From positions 2,327 to 66,326 of the forward strand of contig JABHLN010000004.1 in the NCBI GenBank assembly GCA_018693105.1: DNA of 64,000 nucleotides, read 5' to 3'. Shown here piece by piece: positions 21,109 through 30,822 of the stretch. This DNA comes from Desulfobacterales bacterium (GTDB taxonomy: Bacteria > Desulfobacterota > Desulfobacteria > Desulfobacterales > SURF-7). The position numbers were made by a program, and so were the translations under genes. The notes beneath the pieces were generated by a model. It saw only the letters and a list, made by a program, of their open reading frames with translations. It ran no database searches and was not told where the DNA came from. Numbering within the stretch: the stretch's first letter is position 1; the number at the start of each line of letters is the position of its first letter.

Positions 21109-21320
21109 CAGTTTTGAACACCTGAAAGCTATTTAGACGAAACGATTTATTATTCTTATCAAAATGATTATTATATCCGCTTTTAATGACCGGAAGTGTG
21201 TTAAGTTTTATGAGATTCTTTATGGGGGACGTTCTGATATTCCTTAAGTAGGTTTTTCATATAAGATTACAGGTGATGTCTTATATTTAAGACTTTGCCG
21301 TATTTGATTAGAGGCATTTT

Positions 21321-22247
21321 ATGAGCAAACAGGTAAAAAAACTTTTAAAGCAGGCAGATCTATATAAATCCCAGGGTTTATTGAGCGAAGCCAGAAAAAA
21401 TTATCAAAAGATTAAAAATCTTATTAAAAACAGCGACGGTCTGCCAAATAAGGAAAAATTACTTATTGGTATAAATAAAAAGATCTCAATGTTGGAAAAA
21501 GATTTTAATAAATTTCATGATGCACCTTTGAAACCCGGTCAGTCTGATCATGTAAATGAGCTTATCAAGAAACTGTTCTCATTTTCACAGGAAAAGGATA
21601 GTGTTGATGAACATGAGGCTTCTTTGGAAGGAGCTATAGCCCTTGCGAAATTCGGGCAGTTTGAAGGCGCTATTTCAGAATTTAAAAATCTGATAAATAT
21701 CGAATCTACTCGTGTTTCTGCAGCAAAAAATATCATTAGATGCCATCTTGCTCTAGATACTGTAGATGCTGCTGTTGAAGAATTTAAGCAATGGGGAGAT
21801 GGTGACCTGTTTACACCTGAACAGCTGGAAAATGTGCGTGTTTTTTTTGAAGATACCCTTGATAAGAAAGGGATACAGAAAGATCTGGCGGGCGGTACTT
21901 CGAGTCATAAGGAGGCTGAGCCGTCTCTTAAAGAAGATGATATTGATGACGAAGAATTTCTTGATATCAGTGCCGTAGCAATTACTTTTGATTCAGGGCC
22001 TAAAAAGGGTGAACAGGTTGAACTTGATGTGAGTTTTCAATCAGGAAATATTATAAGTCTTATTGTATCAGGCAAGGATGAGTCAATTATTGAAAACCTG
22101 CAGGTAGACACAAAGCTCGATGACCTTCATTTTTATTCACCTATTGCAATTTTCAGGGGTGCCGGTGTTGTTTCCGCTAAAACGCAGATTGAATCAGGAC
22201 CCAAAAAAGGTGATTTCAGTCTTGATATAAAGATAGAAAGTATATAG
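21321..22247 (+). CDS. hypothetical protein, helical/TPR-like N-terminal half
   Basis: 308 aa. Helical-repeat-like N-terminal half, an acidic linker (EDDIDDEEF), and a C-terminal half with an internal repeat (SGPKKGEQVELDVSF / SGPKKGDFSLDIKIE). I recognise no family. Confidence 0.6.
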   Translation: MSKQVKKLLKQADLYKSQGLLSEARKNYQKIKNLIKNSDGLPNKEKLLIGINKKISMLEKDFNKFHDAPLKPGQSDHVNELIKKLFSFSQEKDSVDEHEASLEGAIALAKFGQFEGAISEFKNLINIESTRVSAAKNIIRCHLALDTVDAAVEEFKQWGDGDLFTPEQLENVRVFFEDTLDKKGIQKDLAGGTSSHKEAEPSLKEDDIDDEEFLDISAVAITFDSGPKKGEQVELDVSFQSGNIISLIVSGKDESIIENLQVDTKLDDLHFYSPIAIFRGAGVVSAKTQIESGPKKGDFSLDIKIESI

Positions 22248-22409
22248 ACATTTTCAATAGATGAATGGTTTTCATAATATCGGCCACAGTTATTATCGAA
22301 AAGAGTAAGTTTTTTCAGAATTGACTTTGTTACTGGATATAATTATGTTATTATTAAGTTTATTCATATCGACTTAGACCTAAATTGAGCCTGGGAATTG
22401 GGAAAATAT

Positions 22410-23030
22410 ATGGCAATTTTTAATCTGAAAAAGCGTGAGATAGAATGTAAAGTCGTTTTCTACGGCCCCGGAAGATGTGGTAAAACGACAAATCTCGAAT
22501 ATGTATACAAGTCTCATAAAAAACAGGTTGAGGGTGAAATGGTTTCCATTAACACTGAGGGGGATCGTACACTTTTTTTTGATTATCTGCCTATGGAGCT
22601 TGGGAAGATAAAAGGCTGTGATGTCCGTGTTCAGTTGTTTACAGTCCCGGGGCAGGTGCAGTATAGTTCAACCCGTAAACTTGTCTTGAGAGGTGTTGAC
22701 GGTTTGGTTTTTGTTGCTGATTCAATGAAGGTAAGACGAGAAAAAAATATGCTTTCATTAAAAGATCTGCAAAAGAATTTAAAAGAATACGGGTTAAGTG
22801 TTTTTAAGGTGCCTCTTGTTTTGCAGTATAATAAAAGGGATCTTGCAGAAGAGGGAATACCTCTTATGCCTATTGAGCAGATGGAAAAAGATTTGAACAG
22901 ACAATTGAAAGTCCCTTCATTTTCCGGAAGTGCAGTAACAGGAGAAGGCGTAGGGGATACATTACAGTCCTGTCTGAAACTAACCCTTCAAAACCTTCAA
23001 AAACAACTAGGCTGGGCAGAAAAAAAATAA
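22410..23030 (+). CDS. MglA-like Ras-superfamily small GTPase
   Basis: REIECKVVFYGPGRCGKTTNLEYVY, the MglA-type switch II TVPGQ, VDGLVFVADS and NKRD. Start moved to ATG 22410. Confidence 0.85.
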   Translation: MAIFNLKKREIECKVVFYGPGRCGKTTNLEYVYKSHKKQVEGEMVSINTEGDRTLFFDYLPMELGKIKGCDVRVQLFTVPGQVQYSSTRKLVLRGVDGLVFVADSMKVRREKNMLSLKDLQKNLKEYGLSVFKVPLVLQYNKRDLAEEGIPLMPIEQMEKDLNRQLKVPSFSGSAVTGEGVGDTLQSCLKLTLQNLQKQLGWAEKK

Positions 23031-23031
23031 A

Positions 23032-24228
23032 ATGAATAATAAATTAGTTCTATCGGGAAACCTTGCTTTCCTCAATCTTGGTGAACTTATTCAGCTATTT
23101 GGTTCAAGTGGAAGCACGGGCGTGTTGCGTATAATCAGCAAGTATATTGAAACACCAGGTATGGTTTATTTTTCAGAAGGGAATCCGCTTGATGCCTCAA
23201 CCGGAGAAACAAAAGGACTTGACGCATTGTATTCTCTTTTCGGATGGAGCGAAGGAGAGTTCGAGTTCAGCGAGGAAAGTATAAAGAAAAAAGATGTCAT
23301 CAAAAAAAGCCGTATGGAGATAATTCTTGATGGTTTAAGAATGGTTGATGATGGAGAAATTGAAAAGCTTGGAAATATATCATACGAGAAAACAAAAGGG
23401 CCCTCCGGAGACAGAACTTTGCCTGTTATCAAAGGGCCAATGCCTGATTATATGTGTGTTGTTGATGAAGAAGAATTTCATGATGGCTCGGTCATTGTTA
23501 CACAGGGGAGTCATGGCAGCTGGATCTGGGTTGTTTTAGACGGAGTTGTTGAAATACGAAAGGAAATGCCTGGCAAAGACCCTCTTCCTATTATTCGAAT
23601 AGGCAGCGGATCTTTTATAGGGAATATTACAGCTTTATTATATAGTGGTAATCTTCGCAGTGCAACTGTAGTGGCTATAGGGGATGTCCATCTGGGTGTT
23701 ATTGATTCCCAGATGTTGTCAAGTGAGTATACATGTCTTTCATCAGAATTCAAAAATGTTCTTTTAAGTCTCGACAAACGTCTGAGACAGGTTACTGAAA
23801 AGGCAGTTGAAGTTTATAATAATATTGAGAAACCGATTGACCTTAAAGATAAAGAACAATTAATAAAACAGGATTCGAGTGATAATAGTGTATATAGGAT
23901 AAAACAGGGACAGGCCTATGTTGTACGAAAAACAAAAAAAGGCAGTATTGTTCTCAGTGAACTGGAGAAAGGTGATTTTATAGGTCATTTACCATTTGCT
24001 AATATTGGCCATGAACCTAACTCTGCTTCTATATATATTTCAGAAGATACTGAAGTAGAACCTGTAGATCTTGATGAGTTGCAAAATCAATATTTCAGTC
24101 TTACAGCTACTTTAAAAGATATGACTGATAATTTTGTTACTTTTTTATCCGCTACTACAACGATTACATGTGATTTGTATAATAAAGGTGGTAAAAAAGA
24201 AGCTATCAATGAAGGTACGACAAATTAA
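23032..24228 (+). CDS. DUF4388 (PATAN-like) domain protein with two cyclic-nucleotide-binding-like domains
   Basis: N-terminus GNLAFLNLGELIQLFGSSGSTGVLRI is DUF4388-like. Two cNMP-like beta-barrels follow (VIVTQGSHGSWIWVVLDGVVEI..GSFIGN..RSATVVA, and YRIKQGQAYVV..GDFIGH). Starts 1 nt after the GTPase stop. Confidence 0.65.
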   Translation: MNNKLVLSGNLAFLNLGELIQLFGSSGSTGVLRIISKYIETPGMVYFSEGNPLDASTGETKGLDALYSLFGWSEGEFEFSEESIKKKDVIKKSRMEIILDGLRMVDDGEIEKLGNISYEKTKGPSGDRTLPVIKGPMPDYMCVVDEEEFHDGSVIVTQGSHGSWIWVVLDGVVEIRKEMPGKDPLPIIRIGSGSFIGNITALLYSGNLRSATVVAIGDVHLGVIDSQMLSSEYTCLSSEFKNVLLSLDKRLRQVTEKAVEVYNNIEKPIDLKDKEQLIKQDSSDNSVYRIKQGQAYVVRKTKKGSIVLSELEKGDFIGHLPFANIGHEPNSASIYISEDTEVEPVDLDELQNQYFSLTATLKDMTDNFVTFLSATTTITCDLYNKGGKKEAINEGTTN

Positions 24229-24263
24229 TTGTTTATTAATAACATAAATATTGAGAAAAGAAA

Positions 24264-24626
24264 ATGTCATCAAAAAACAGAAAGCATAACAGGATTTTAT
24301 CTGCTAACCTGATTTCCTATGATTGCCTTGAGAATGATGTTGTCGTTTCTCAGGGTATGGGCAAAACCCTGAATGTCAGTCGAGGTGGTATTCTGTTAGA
24401 AACCCATGTTCAGATTGATATCAAGTATTCAATGTCAATATCTATAGGACTTGATGATGAACTTGTTAATATCAAGGGGAATGCAGTATACTCCAAAAAA
24501 AGTGAAAGTGGGAAATATGAGTCCGGTGTTGAGTTTATGGAAGTTGATAAGAAAGCAGTGCGGGTTTTAAACAAATATATAATTGCTTTTAATGAGCAGA
24601 AGGCAAAATCTGAAAATTCAGATTAG
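24264..24626 (+). CDS. PilZ-domain protein
   Basis: 120 aa with the PilZ motifs RKHNR (RxxxR) and NVSRGG (D/NxSxxG). Confidence 0.7.
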   Translation: MSSKNRKHNRILSANLISYDCLENDVVVSQGMGKTLNVSRGGILLETHVQIDIKYSMSISIGLDDELVNIKGNAVYSKKSESGKYESGVEFMEVDKKAVRVLNKYIIAFNEQKAKSENSD

Positions 24627-24803
24627 TCAAATGTCTGCAGCACATTGTTAATCTTTTCTCCATACTCCTTACCGGTTTTTATTTTTATCAACTCCTCACC
24701 CGTATACTTTCCTTAAAAACATACGTTTGTAGGTATTGTCTATAATCGTTTACTTCAAATTTAATGAATGAAATTTTAAACCACGATATATGAGGATATT
24801 TAT

Positions 24804-25685
24804 ATGAGTAATGCAGTATATGAAACTGATTTTTCAGGCTTAGACCTTATAAAAAGAGGTAAAGTAAGAGATTTGTATGACCTTGGTGATAATCTTTTAA
24901 TGGTTGCGACAGATCGTCTATCAGCTTTTGATGTCATTATGCCTGATCCTATACCTGAGAAGGGAAAGGTTCTTACCGGGATTTCCCTTTTCTGGTTTGA
25001 TGTTATGTCATCAATTGTAAAAAATCATCTGGTTACAGGCAATGTAGAGGAGTATCCAGCAGAATGTCAACCCTATGCTGAGACTTTACGTGATAGGAGC
25101 ATGCTTGTAAAAAAAGCCGAACCTTTATCAATCGAGTGCGTTGTTCGTGGGTATATTTCCGGTTCAGGATGGAAATCTTACCAGGATTCAGGAGATGTAT
25201 GCGGAATAAAACTACCAGAAGGGCTGAAAGAATCGGATAGGCTTCCTGAACCTATTTTTACTCCCTCCACAAAAGAAGAACTTGGTCTTCATGATATAAA
25301 TATTGATTTTGATGAGGCATCAAAGAGGATTGGACGTGAACGTGCTGAGAAAGTAAAAGAACTCAGTATTGCAATATATATGAAAGGTGTCGAGATCGCT
25401 GAAAAGCTTGGTATTATAATTGCTGATACAAAGTTTGAATTCGGCATTTTTGGTGACGAAATAATATTGATTGATGAGGTACTGACCCCTGATTCTTCAA
25501 GGTTTTGGCCAAAAGATTCTTATAATCCCGGTGGTCCTCAAAACAGCTATGACAAGCAATATGTTCGTGACTATCTTTTGTCCATAGGCTGGGGGAAAAA
25601 ACCACCTGCCCCTTCATTACCTGAAAATGTCATTAATAACACTTCTGATAAATATCTTGAAGCTTTTAGATTGTTTGCCGGATAG
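24804..25685 (+). CDS. purC: phosphoribosylaminoimidazole-succinocarboxamide (SAICAR) synthase
   Basis: [28 protein letters not shown]. Confidence 0.93.
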   Translation: MSNAVYETDFSGLDLIKRGKVRDLYDLGDNLLMVATDRLSAFDVIMPDPIPEKGKVLTGISLFWFDVMSSIVKNHLVTGNVEEYPAECQPYAETLRDRSMLVKKAEPLSIECVVRGYISGSGWKSYQDSGDVCGIKLPEGLKESDRLPEPIFTPSTKEELGLHDINIDFDEASKRIGRERAEKVKELSIAIYMKGVEIAEKLGIIIADTKFEFGIFGDEIILIDEVLTPDSSRFWPKDSYNPGGPQNSYDKQYVRDYLLSIGWGKKPPAPSLPENVINNTSDKYLEAFRLFAG

Positions 25686-25686
25686 G

Positions 25687-26637
25687 ATGATCTGTAAACT
25701 TGAAACTATTAGTATTAGCAGTATTGATACCGAAGACACTACTTATCGTATTACTACACCATTGCCTGATAGTGATCTTGTTCGCTCTATTTCCGATATT
25801 GGTATAATAAACCCTCCTATATTAAAACAAAAAGGATCAAAATATTCGATAATCAGTGGTTTCAGACGGGTTGAGGTATGTAGTGAGCTTAGGTGTAATA
25901 AGCTTGAATGCCGTATACCCGGATCTGATACAAGTGAAATCAATTTAATAAAAATTGCTATTTCGGAAAATTCCTTACAGAGACCGCTCAATCTAATTGA
26001 ACAATCAAGAGCGTTAAATCTGATTTCATTTTATTTTGATAATGATAATCTTTTAAAGGAAGCCTCTGCTCTTGGTCTGCCGGGGAATTTAACTCGTATA
26101 AAAGGTATGAAAATTCTTGTTCAGCTTCCTCAAATAGTACAGGAAGGGATCATTTCCGGAAACATATCTTATGCAATTGCACAAGAACTGCATAAGCTTC
26201 CAGTAAAAGCTTGTACAAGTATTGCATGTCTTTTTCGCGAACTTAAGGTTGGCTTAAACAAACAAAAGGAAATTCTAAACTTTGCAGTTGAAATTGCTGC
26301 ACGCGAAGAAATAGAATTAACTGATGTACTTGAAGATAGAGTCCTTGAGAAAATCATAAACAATGATGATATTGACAGAAATCAAAAAACAGGAAAAATA
26401 AGGCATTATTTAAAGAAAAAAAGATATCCGGCGATTACTGCTGCTGAAGCTGAATTTTTAAAAAACATAAAAGATTTGAACCTTGATAACCATACAAGAT
26501 TAATTCCCCCTAAAGACTTTGAAGGTATTACCTATTCTATGAATATGAGTTTTAATAATATTCAAGAGCTTAAGGAGCGTAAGGAGCTTCTGGAAAAAAT
26601 TCTTCAAAATCCTGTCATAAAAAATATTCTCAATTAA
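25687..26637 (+). CDS. ParB/Srx-superfamily N-terminal-domain protein (orphan ParB-like)
   Basis: I.SIDTED..YRIT..L..SI...GIINPPIL....KYSIISGFRRVEV resembles the ParB N-terminal fold with GFRR in place of GERR. Start moved to ATG 25687, 1 nt after the purC stop. Confidence 0.55.
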   Translation: MICKLETISISSIDTEDTTYRITTPLPDSDLVRSISDIGIINPPILKQKGSKYSIISGFRRVEVCSELRCNKLECRIPGSDTSEINLIKIAISENSLQRPLNLIEQSRALNLISFYFDNDNLLKEASALGLPGNLTRIKGMKILVQLPQIVQEGIISGNISYAIAQELHKLPVKACTSIACLFRELKVGLNKQKEILNFAVEIAAREEIELTDVLEDRVLEKIINNDDIDRNQKTGKIRHYLKKKRYPAITAAEAEFLKNIKDLNLDNHTRLIPPKDFEGITYSMNMSFNNIQELKERKELLEKILQNPVIKNILN

Positions 26638-26645
26638 GAGCTGTT

Positions 26646-27842
26646 TTATAAAATTGACCTGGCCAATAACGTTACTGGATGAACAACCTCAAAAGAAGTA
26701 TTCATCTCAATTTGCCATTTACAGGTTTCACAGTCGGTTATTACGATGTCCGGATTTATTGAATCAATCTGTCTGAACAGGTTTTCCCCAATTTTCTGGG
26801 AAATAGGGTAGTATTCCTTTTTAAAACCATATGTGCCGGATATTCCGCAACATTCCGAATGAAGTACTTTAAGATTCAAGCCCGGTATGATTTTGAGTAA
26901 TTCTTTTGTGTAAACGGCGCTACCAAGTCGTTCGAGATGGCATGGCGGATGATAAGCTGCAGTGATATTTAATGGCTTCATAGGAGGCGTATCACATTTT
27001 CTAAATTTCCTGTAGATATATGTGGTGATATACTCAATCCGATCTGCAATTGTATCATTTTTAACTCCCAGAAGTTCAGGGTATTCCTGCTTTAGCGCAA
27101 ATGCGCAGGTTGATGATGTGACAACAATTTTAGACTTTTTGTTCTTCGTAGCCTCTGTAAGTGTTTTTATATTGTGTTTTGCGTTTTTCCTTGCTCTTTT
27201 GATATAACCGTTTGCTATCATGGGAACACCGCAGCATTTTTCTTTTGTAATAAATACTCCGATATTAATTGAGTTAAGCAGTTTGATAGCGTCTTTCCCC
27301 AATTCGTGGTCATTGAAGTTGACATAACAGCCATGAAAAAAAACAACATTTTCCTTGTATGAAGTTTGATATTTTGACTGATGTTTGTACCATTGTCGGA
27401 ATGTGCCGTATGCATATTCAGGAAGTGTTTTTTTTATGGATATTTTCAGGAAAAGGTCCAGAAATACTTTTACAGGTAAAGATGAATTTAAAGCGTTTAT
27501 GATAGTAGATACTTTTGTTGCCAGGTTGCCGACAAAGTCGGTACGGCTCATAATATAGTCCCGTATACGAATTTTTTTAATCGATATTTTGCTATCGGCA
27601 TTTCGGATAATTGTGGCAATATTAACATCGGAAGGGCAGGCTATTTCGCAACGTTTGCAGTTATTGCAGTATTTAACAGACGGGTCAATTAAACCGGGGT
27701 TTTTTATCCTTAACCGTTCGGCATCCGGCCCGGAATGCTTTGGGCCCGGGTACATATTTGTGACTCGTGCAACAGGGCAATATACAGTACAAATAGTACA
27801 TTTAATACAGTGATCAAAGCTTATGTTTTCGAGTTTAATCAT
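26646..27842 (-). CDS. glpC: anaerobic glycerol-3-phosphate dehydrogenase subunit C
   Basis: Two ferredoxin-type Cys clusters (CIKCTICTVYCP, CNNCKRCEIACP) plus CCG-type Cys-rich repeats. Operon position is after glpAB. Confidence 0.85.
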   Translation of the reverse strand: MIKLENISFDHCIKCTICTVYCPVARVTNMYPGPKHSGPDAERLRIKNPGLIDPSVKYCNNCKRCEIACPSDVNIATIIRNADSKISIKKIRIRDYIMSRTDFVGNLATKVSTIINALNSSLPVKVFLDLFLKISIKKTLPEYAYGTFRQWYKHQSKYQTSYKENVVFFHGCYVNFNDHELGKDAIKLLNSINIGVFITKEKCCGVPMIANGYIKRARKNAKHNIKTLTEATKNKKSKIVVTSSTCAFALKQEYPELLGVKNDTIADRIEYITTYIYRKFRKCDTPPMKPLNITAAYHPPCHLERLGSAVYTKELLKIIPGLNLKVLHSECCGISGTYGFKKEYYPISQKIGENLFRQIDSINPDIVITDCETCKWQIEMNTSFEVVHPVTLLARSIL

Positions 27843-29116
27843 TTTTTAGTTATTTGTTTTGCAGCATAGAAACCGGTACTGATAGCAACTCCACTTCCGG
27901 TACCTTCTTTTATCGGGTCGTAGCCGGCAAGAAGAGCTCCTGTACAGAAAAGATTTTTTAAAAGGCTGCCGGAACTAGTAAAGGGGTTTAGCATGCTGTT
28001 TGTTTTTACACCGAAATTCAGGAAAGGATGACCCTGATTATGAAAGAATTCTTTAGAACGCCAGGAACTTCTATCTTTTGGATAATCAATTTTAAGATTG
28101 AAAACAGGCTCTTTTATCATATTGAAATCTGCTGTAAGACCGCCACTGAAAAAACTGCCGGTGGTTAGAACAAAATTTTTTGCTTTCAGCTTTATGCCCT
28201 TTAAATTACGTGTGTATATATAATCAACTTTATTATTGGTTATTTTACCACCTTCAACTTTGTCGCCGGGAATAAAGATTCCTCCAAGAGCGGTAAACCT
28301 TGATTTAAGCGCACTATCCAGTCTTATGCCAAGTAAAGACGGAGGAAGGGTTGGAATCTCATAAATATGCTTTCCTGTCATTTCACATAAATTATTATGT
28401 ATTGTATTAAAATCATTGATCCCTATAAATGCAGGCATTCCAACGAATTCTGCATCGCCGGCCACTACCTTGATACTGTTTGCTATTTGTTCAATGTATT
28501 CCATTGAGTCAAATATTCGTCCAATATCTATTGACCTGAATTCGTGCTTATTTATTCCTTCTTGTTCAGGCAGTTCAACTTCGCCTGTAATTATTGTACT
28601 ATCTTTAAATAATTTGTGTTTAGTTAGATTGTCTGCTGCAATGGCTGGATAAAAATCTCTGAATCCCTTGAACGTAATGAGTGCAATTTTTGTCTTTCCA
28701 GGAAAAGTTTCCATATAATCATTATTAAATACACTTTTTTGCGACAGGAAAGTAGGTTTGATTGTACCAAGTGTTGTAACATGAAAATGGTTCTTATCAG
28801 AATTTGATATTAATTGAAGGTCTTCTTTTGATGTTTCTTTCTGGAAAAAGAGTATGGCTTCTTTTATAACTTCAGTACTGCATTTTGTGTAAGGGTGGAA
28901 GGGTTTTTTTTCAGTAAACTCTTCAAGGACTTTAAAGGGAGACTTAACAACTTTTCCTTCAGGATAATAACTGAGAAGATCTATAGATCCTGAAGAAAAG
29001 TGCAATGCGCTCATTCCTGTTGATATTAGGGCACAGCTTAAACCCTCGGAAAGGCATTTTATCCCGCAGGACAGCCCTGATATTCCTCCGCCGATTATTA
29101 TGCAGTCGTAATTCAT
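27839..29116 (-). CDS. glpB: anaerobic glycerol-3-phosphate dehydrogenase subunit B
   Basis: YDCIIIGGGISGLSC FAD-binding fold, 425 aa. 4-nt overlap with glpC. Confidence 0.8.
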   Translation of the reverse strand: MNYDCIIIGGGISGLSCGIKCLSEGLSCALISTGMSALHFSSGSIDLLSYYPEGKVVKSPFKVLEEFTEKKPFHPYTKCSTEVIKEAILFFQKETSKEDLQLISNSDKNHFHVTTLGTIKPTFLSQKSVFNNDYMETFPGKTKIALITFKGFRDFYPAIAADNLTKHKLFKDSTIITGEVELPEQEGINKHEFRSIDIGRIFDSMEYIEQIANSIKVVAGDAEFVGMPAFIGINDFNTIHNNLCEMTGKHIYEIPTLPPSLLGIRLDSALKSRFTALGGIFIPGDKVEGGKITNNKVDYIYTRNLKGIKLKAKNFVLTTGSFFSGGLTADFNMIKEPVFNLKIDYPKDRSSWRSKEFFHNQGHPFLNFGVKTNSMLNPFTSSGSLLKNLFCTGALLAGYDPIKEGTGSGVAISTGFYAAKQITKK

Positions 29117-29142
29117 AGAATTAGGTTACTCATTAATGGTTA

Positions 29143-30786
29143 TTATTCTCTTTTCCCTTTGACACCGAATCCTTTTGTTAAATTGCCGATTCCGAAAAGG
29201 CCCTGATAGATCCAGTATGTAAATTCCGCCTCTCTTAGAGAATCTCCCCAGAGGGTAGGCTTTACACCTTTCCATCGTTCTTCAAGAAAATCGATCAGCA
29301 TTTTTACGGCCTCTTCTCCTTTTGTTTCTCCATATTCTGTGAAAAGACCTGCCGAGCGGTATGCGCACTGGCCTCCCTGACATGGCCCCATCCCGGTTCT
29401 TGTTCTTCGGCGAAGATCAACTATATCTTTTACAAGCTGGTTGTCGATAGCATATTTTACTTCCCGATCTGTAACCATTTCGCATTCACAAATAAGGCCC
29501 GAACCCTTTTTATTACTTTGGAGAATCTGTTCTGCACGTGTTCCATGACGGTATATTGTTGATCCAACAACAGAATTGGAAAACCCCTGGAAAGGTTTTA
29601 ATTTTCTTTTATTAAAAAATATCTTTTCTGATCCGGGAATAGGAGTTTTTCTTGTCAGGCATTTCTTTTTTATATTCAGTTTTTTACAAACAAGATTAGT
29701 TGCCTTCTCAGCCATTAGGCGGTAAGTCATGAGCTTCCCACCGGTTATGGTTATAAAATTTTCAATGCCATCCGACTCTTTATGATCTATAAGAATAATT
29801 CCGCGTGAGATATCTCTTCCATCCATATTTCCTGATAAGGCCACAAGCGGCCTTATTCCGCAGTATGCCCGAAGAACACGAGTCTTGGATACATTTGGTA
29901 TAAGCTTTTCTCCCTCGTCAAGCAAAATTTTTATTTCATCATCATCTACAACAGGTTCATCGATAATATCATAGGAAATCTTTTTTGATGTTGTTCCTAT
30001 AAGAGATACCGTATCACCAGGTACAAAGATATCACCACTTGAAGGTTTTCTGCATCTGTTTATAACAACATTATTTATCCTGTAGTCTATTATTAGCATT
30101 GAACCTTTTGACGGGTACATTTTCAACCCTATACCTGCAGGTTCGCAGATTTTCTGTCCCCATATACCTGAAGCATTTACAGTTACTTTACCATATATTT
30201 CAAAATTTTCATCTCTATGTCTGTCAAAGCAGCGGACGCCGGTTAAGCTGTTTTGATTTGTGATAAGCTGTGTTATTTCAGTATGTGTAAAAACAACTGC
30301 TCCCCGCTCAACTGAATCCATAATATTTGATGCTGCAAGTCGAAACGGATCTATAGTGGCGTCAGGAACTTTGAGAGCTTTTCGTATTGATGGATTCAGG
30401 TTCGGTTCTTTTCGTAATGCATCTTTGATACTAATTTCTTTGCAATCTATACCTGCATTGAGACAGTCTCTGACAAGCATGTCATGATATCCCTGATCAT
30501 CTTCAGGTAGTGTGACAAACAGACCGCCGGTGTCCTCAATACAGTGACGGGCAATTTTTTTCAGGATTCTGTTTTCGGCTATGCATTCTTTGGCAGATAC
30601 AGGATCTTTGGTTGCATAACGGGCTCCTGAATGTAGAAGTCCGTGGTTCCTGCCAGTAGTACCGGAGGCTATATCATCTTTTTCTACAAGAACAGCCTTA
30701 ATACCTCTAAGAGTGCAGTCTCTTAGCACTCCGCTTCCTGTTGCCCCTCCGCCGATGATGATTACATCTGTTTCGATTTTTTTCAT
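29143..30786 (-). CDS. glpA: anaerobic glycerol-3-phosphate dehydrogenase subunit A
   Basis: DVIIIGGGATGSGVLRDCTLRG and a C-terminal BFD-like [2Fe-2S] region (CECEMV..CQGGQC). Confidence 0.88.
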   Translation of the reverse strand: MKKIETDVIIIGGGATGSGVLRDCTLRGIKAVLVEKDDIASGTTGRNHGLLHSGARYATKDPVSAKECIAENRILKKIARHCIEDTGGLFVTLPEDDQGYHDMLVRDCLNAGIDCKEISIKDALRKEPNLNPSIRKALKVPDATIDPFRLAASNIMDSVERGAVVFTHTEITQLITNQNSLTGVRCFDRHRDENFEIYGKVTVNASGIWGQKICEPAGIGLKMYPSKGSMLIIDYRINNVVINRCRKPSSGDIFVPGDTVSLIGTTSKKISYDIIDEPVVDDDEIKILLDEGEKLIPNVSKTRVLRAYCGIRPLVALSGNMDGRDISRGIILIDHKESDGIENFITITGGKLMTYRLMAEKATNLVCKKLNIKKKCLTRKTPIPGSEKIFFNKRKLKPFQGFSNSVVGSTIYRHGTRAEQILQSNKKGSGLICECEMVTDREVKYAIDNQLVKDIVDLRRRTRTGMGPCQGGQCAYRSAGLFTEYGETKGEEAVKMLIDFLEERWKGVKPTLWGDSLREAEFTYWIYQGLFGIGNLTKGFGVKGKRE

Positions 30787-30822
30787 TTCTTTGTTTTTGC
30801 TCCGTAATTGTATTCCAAATGC

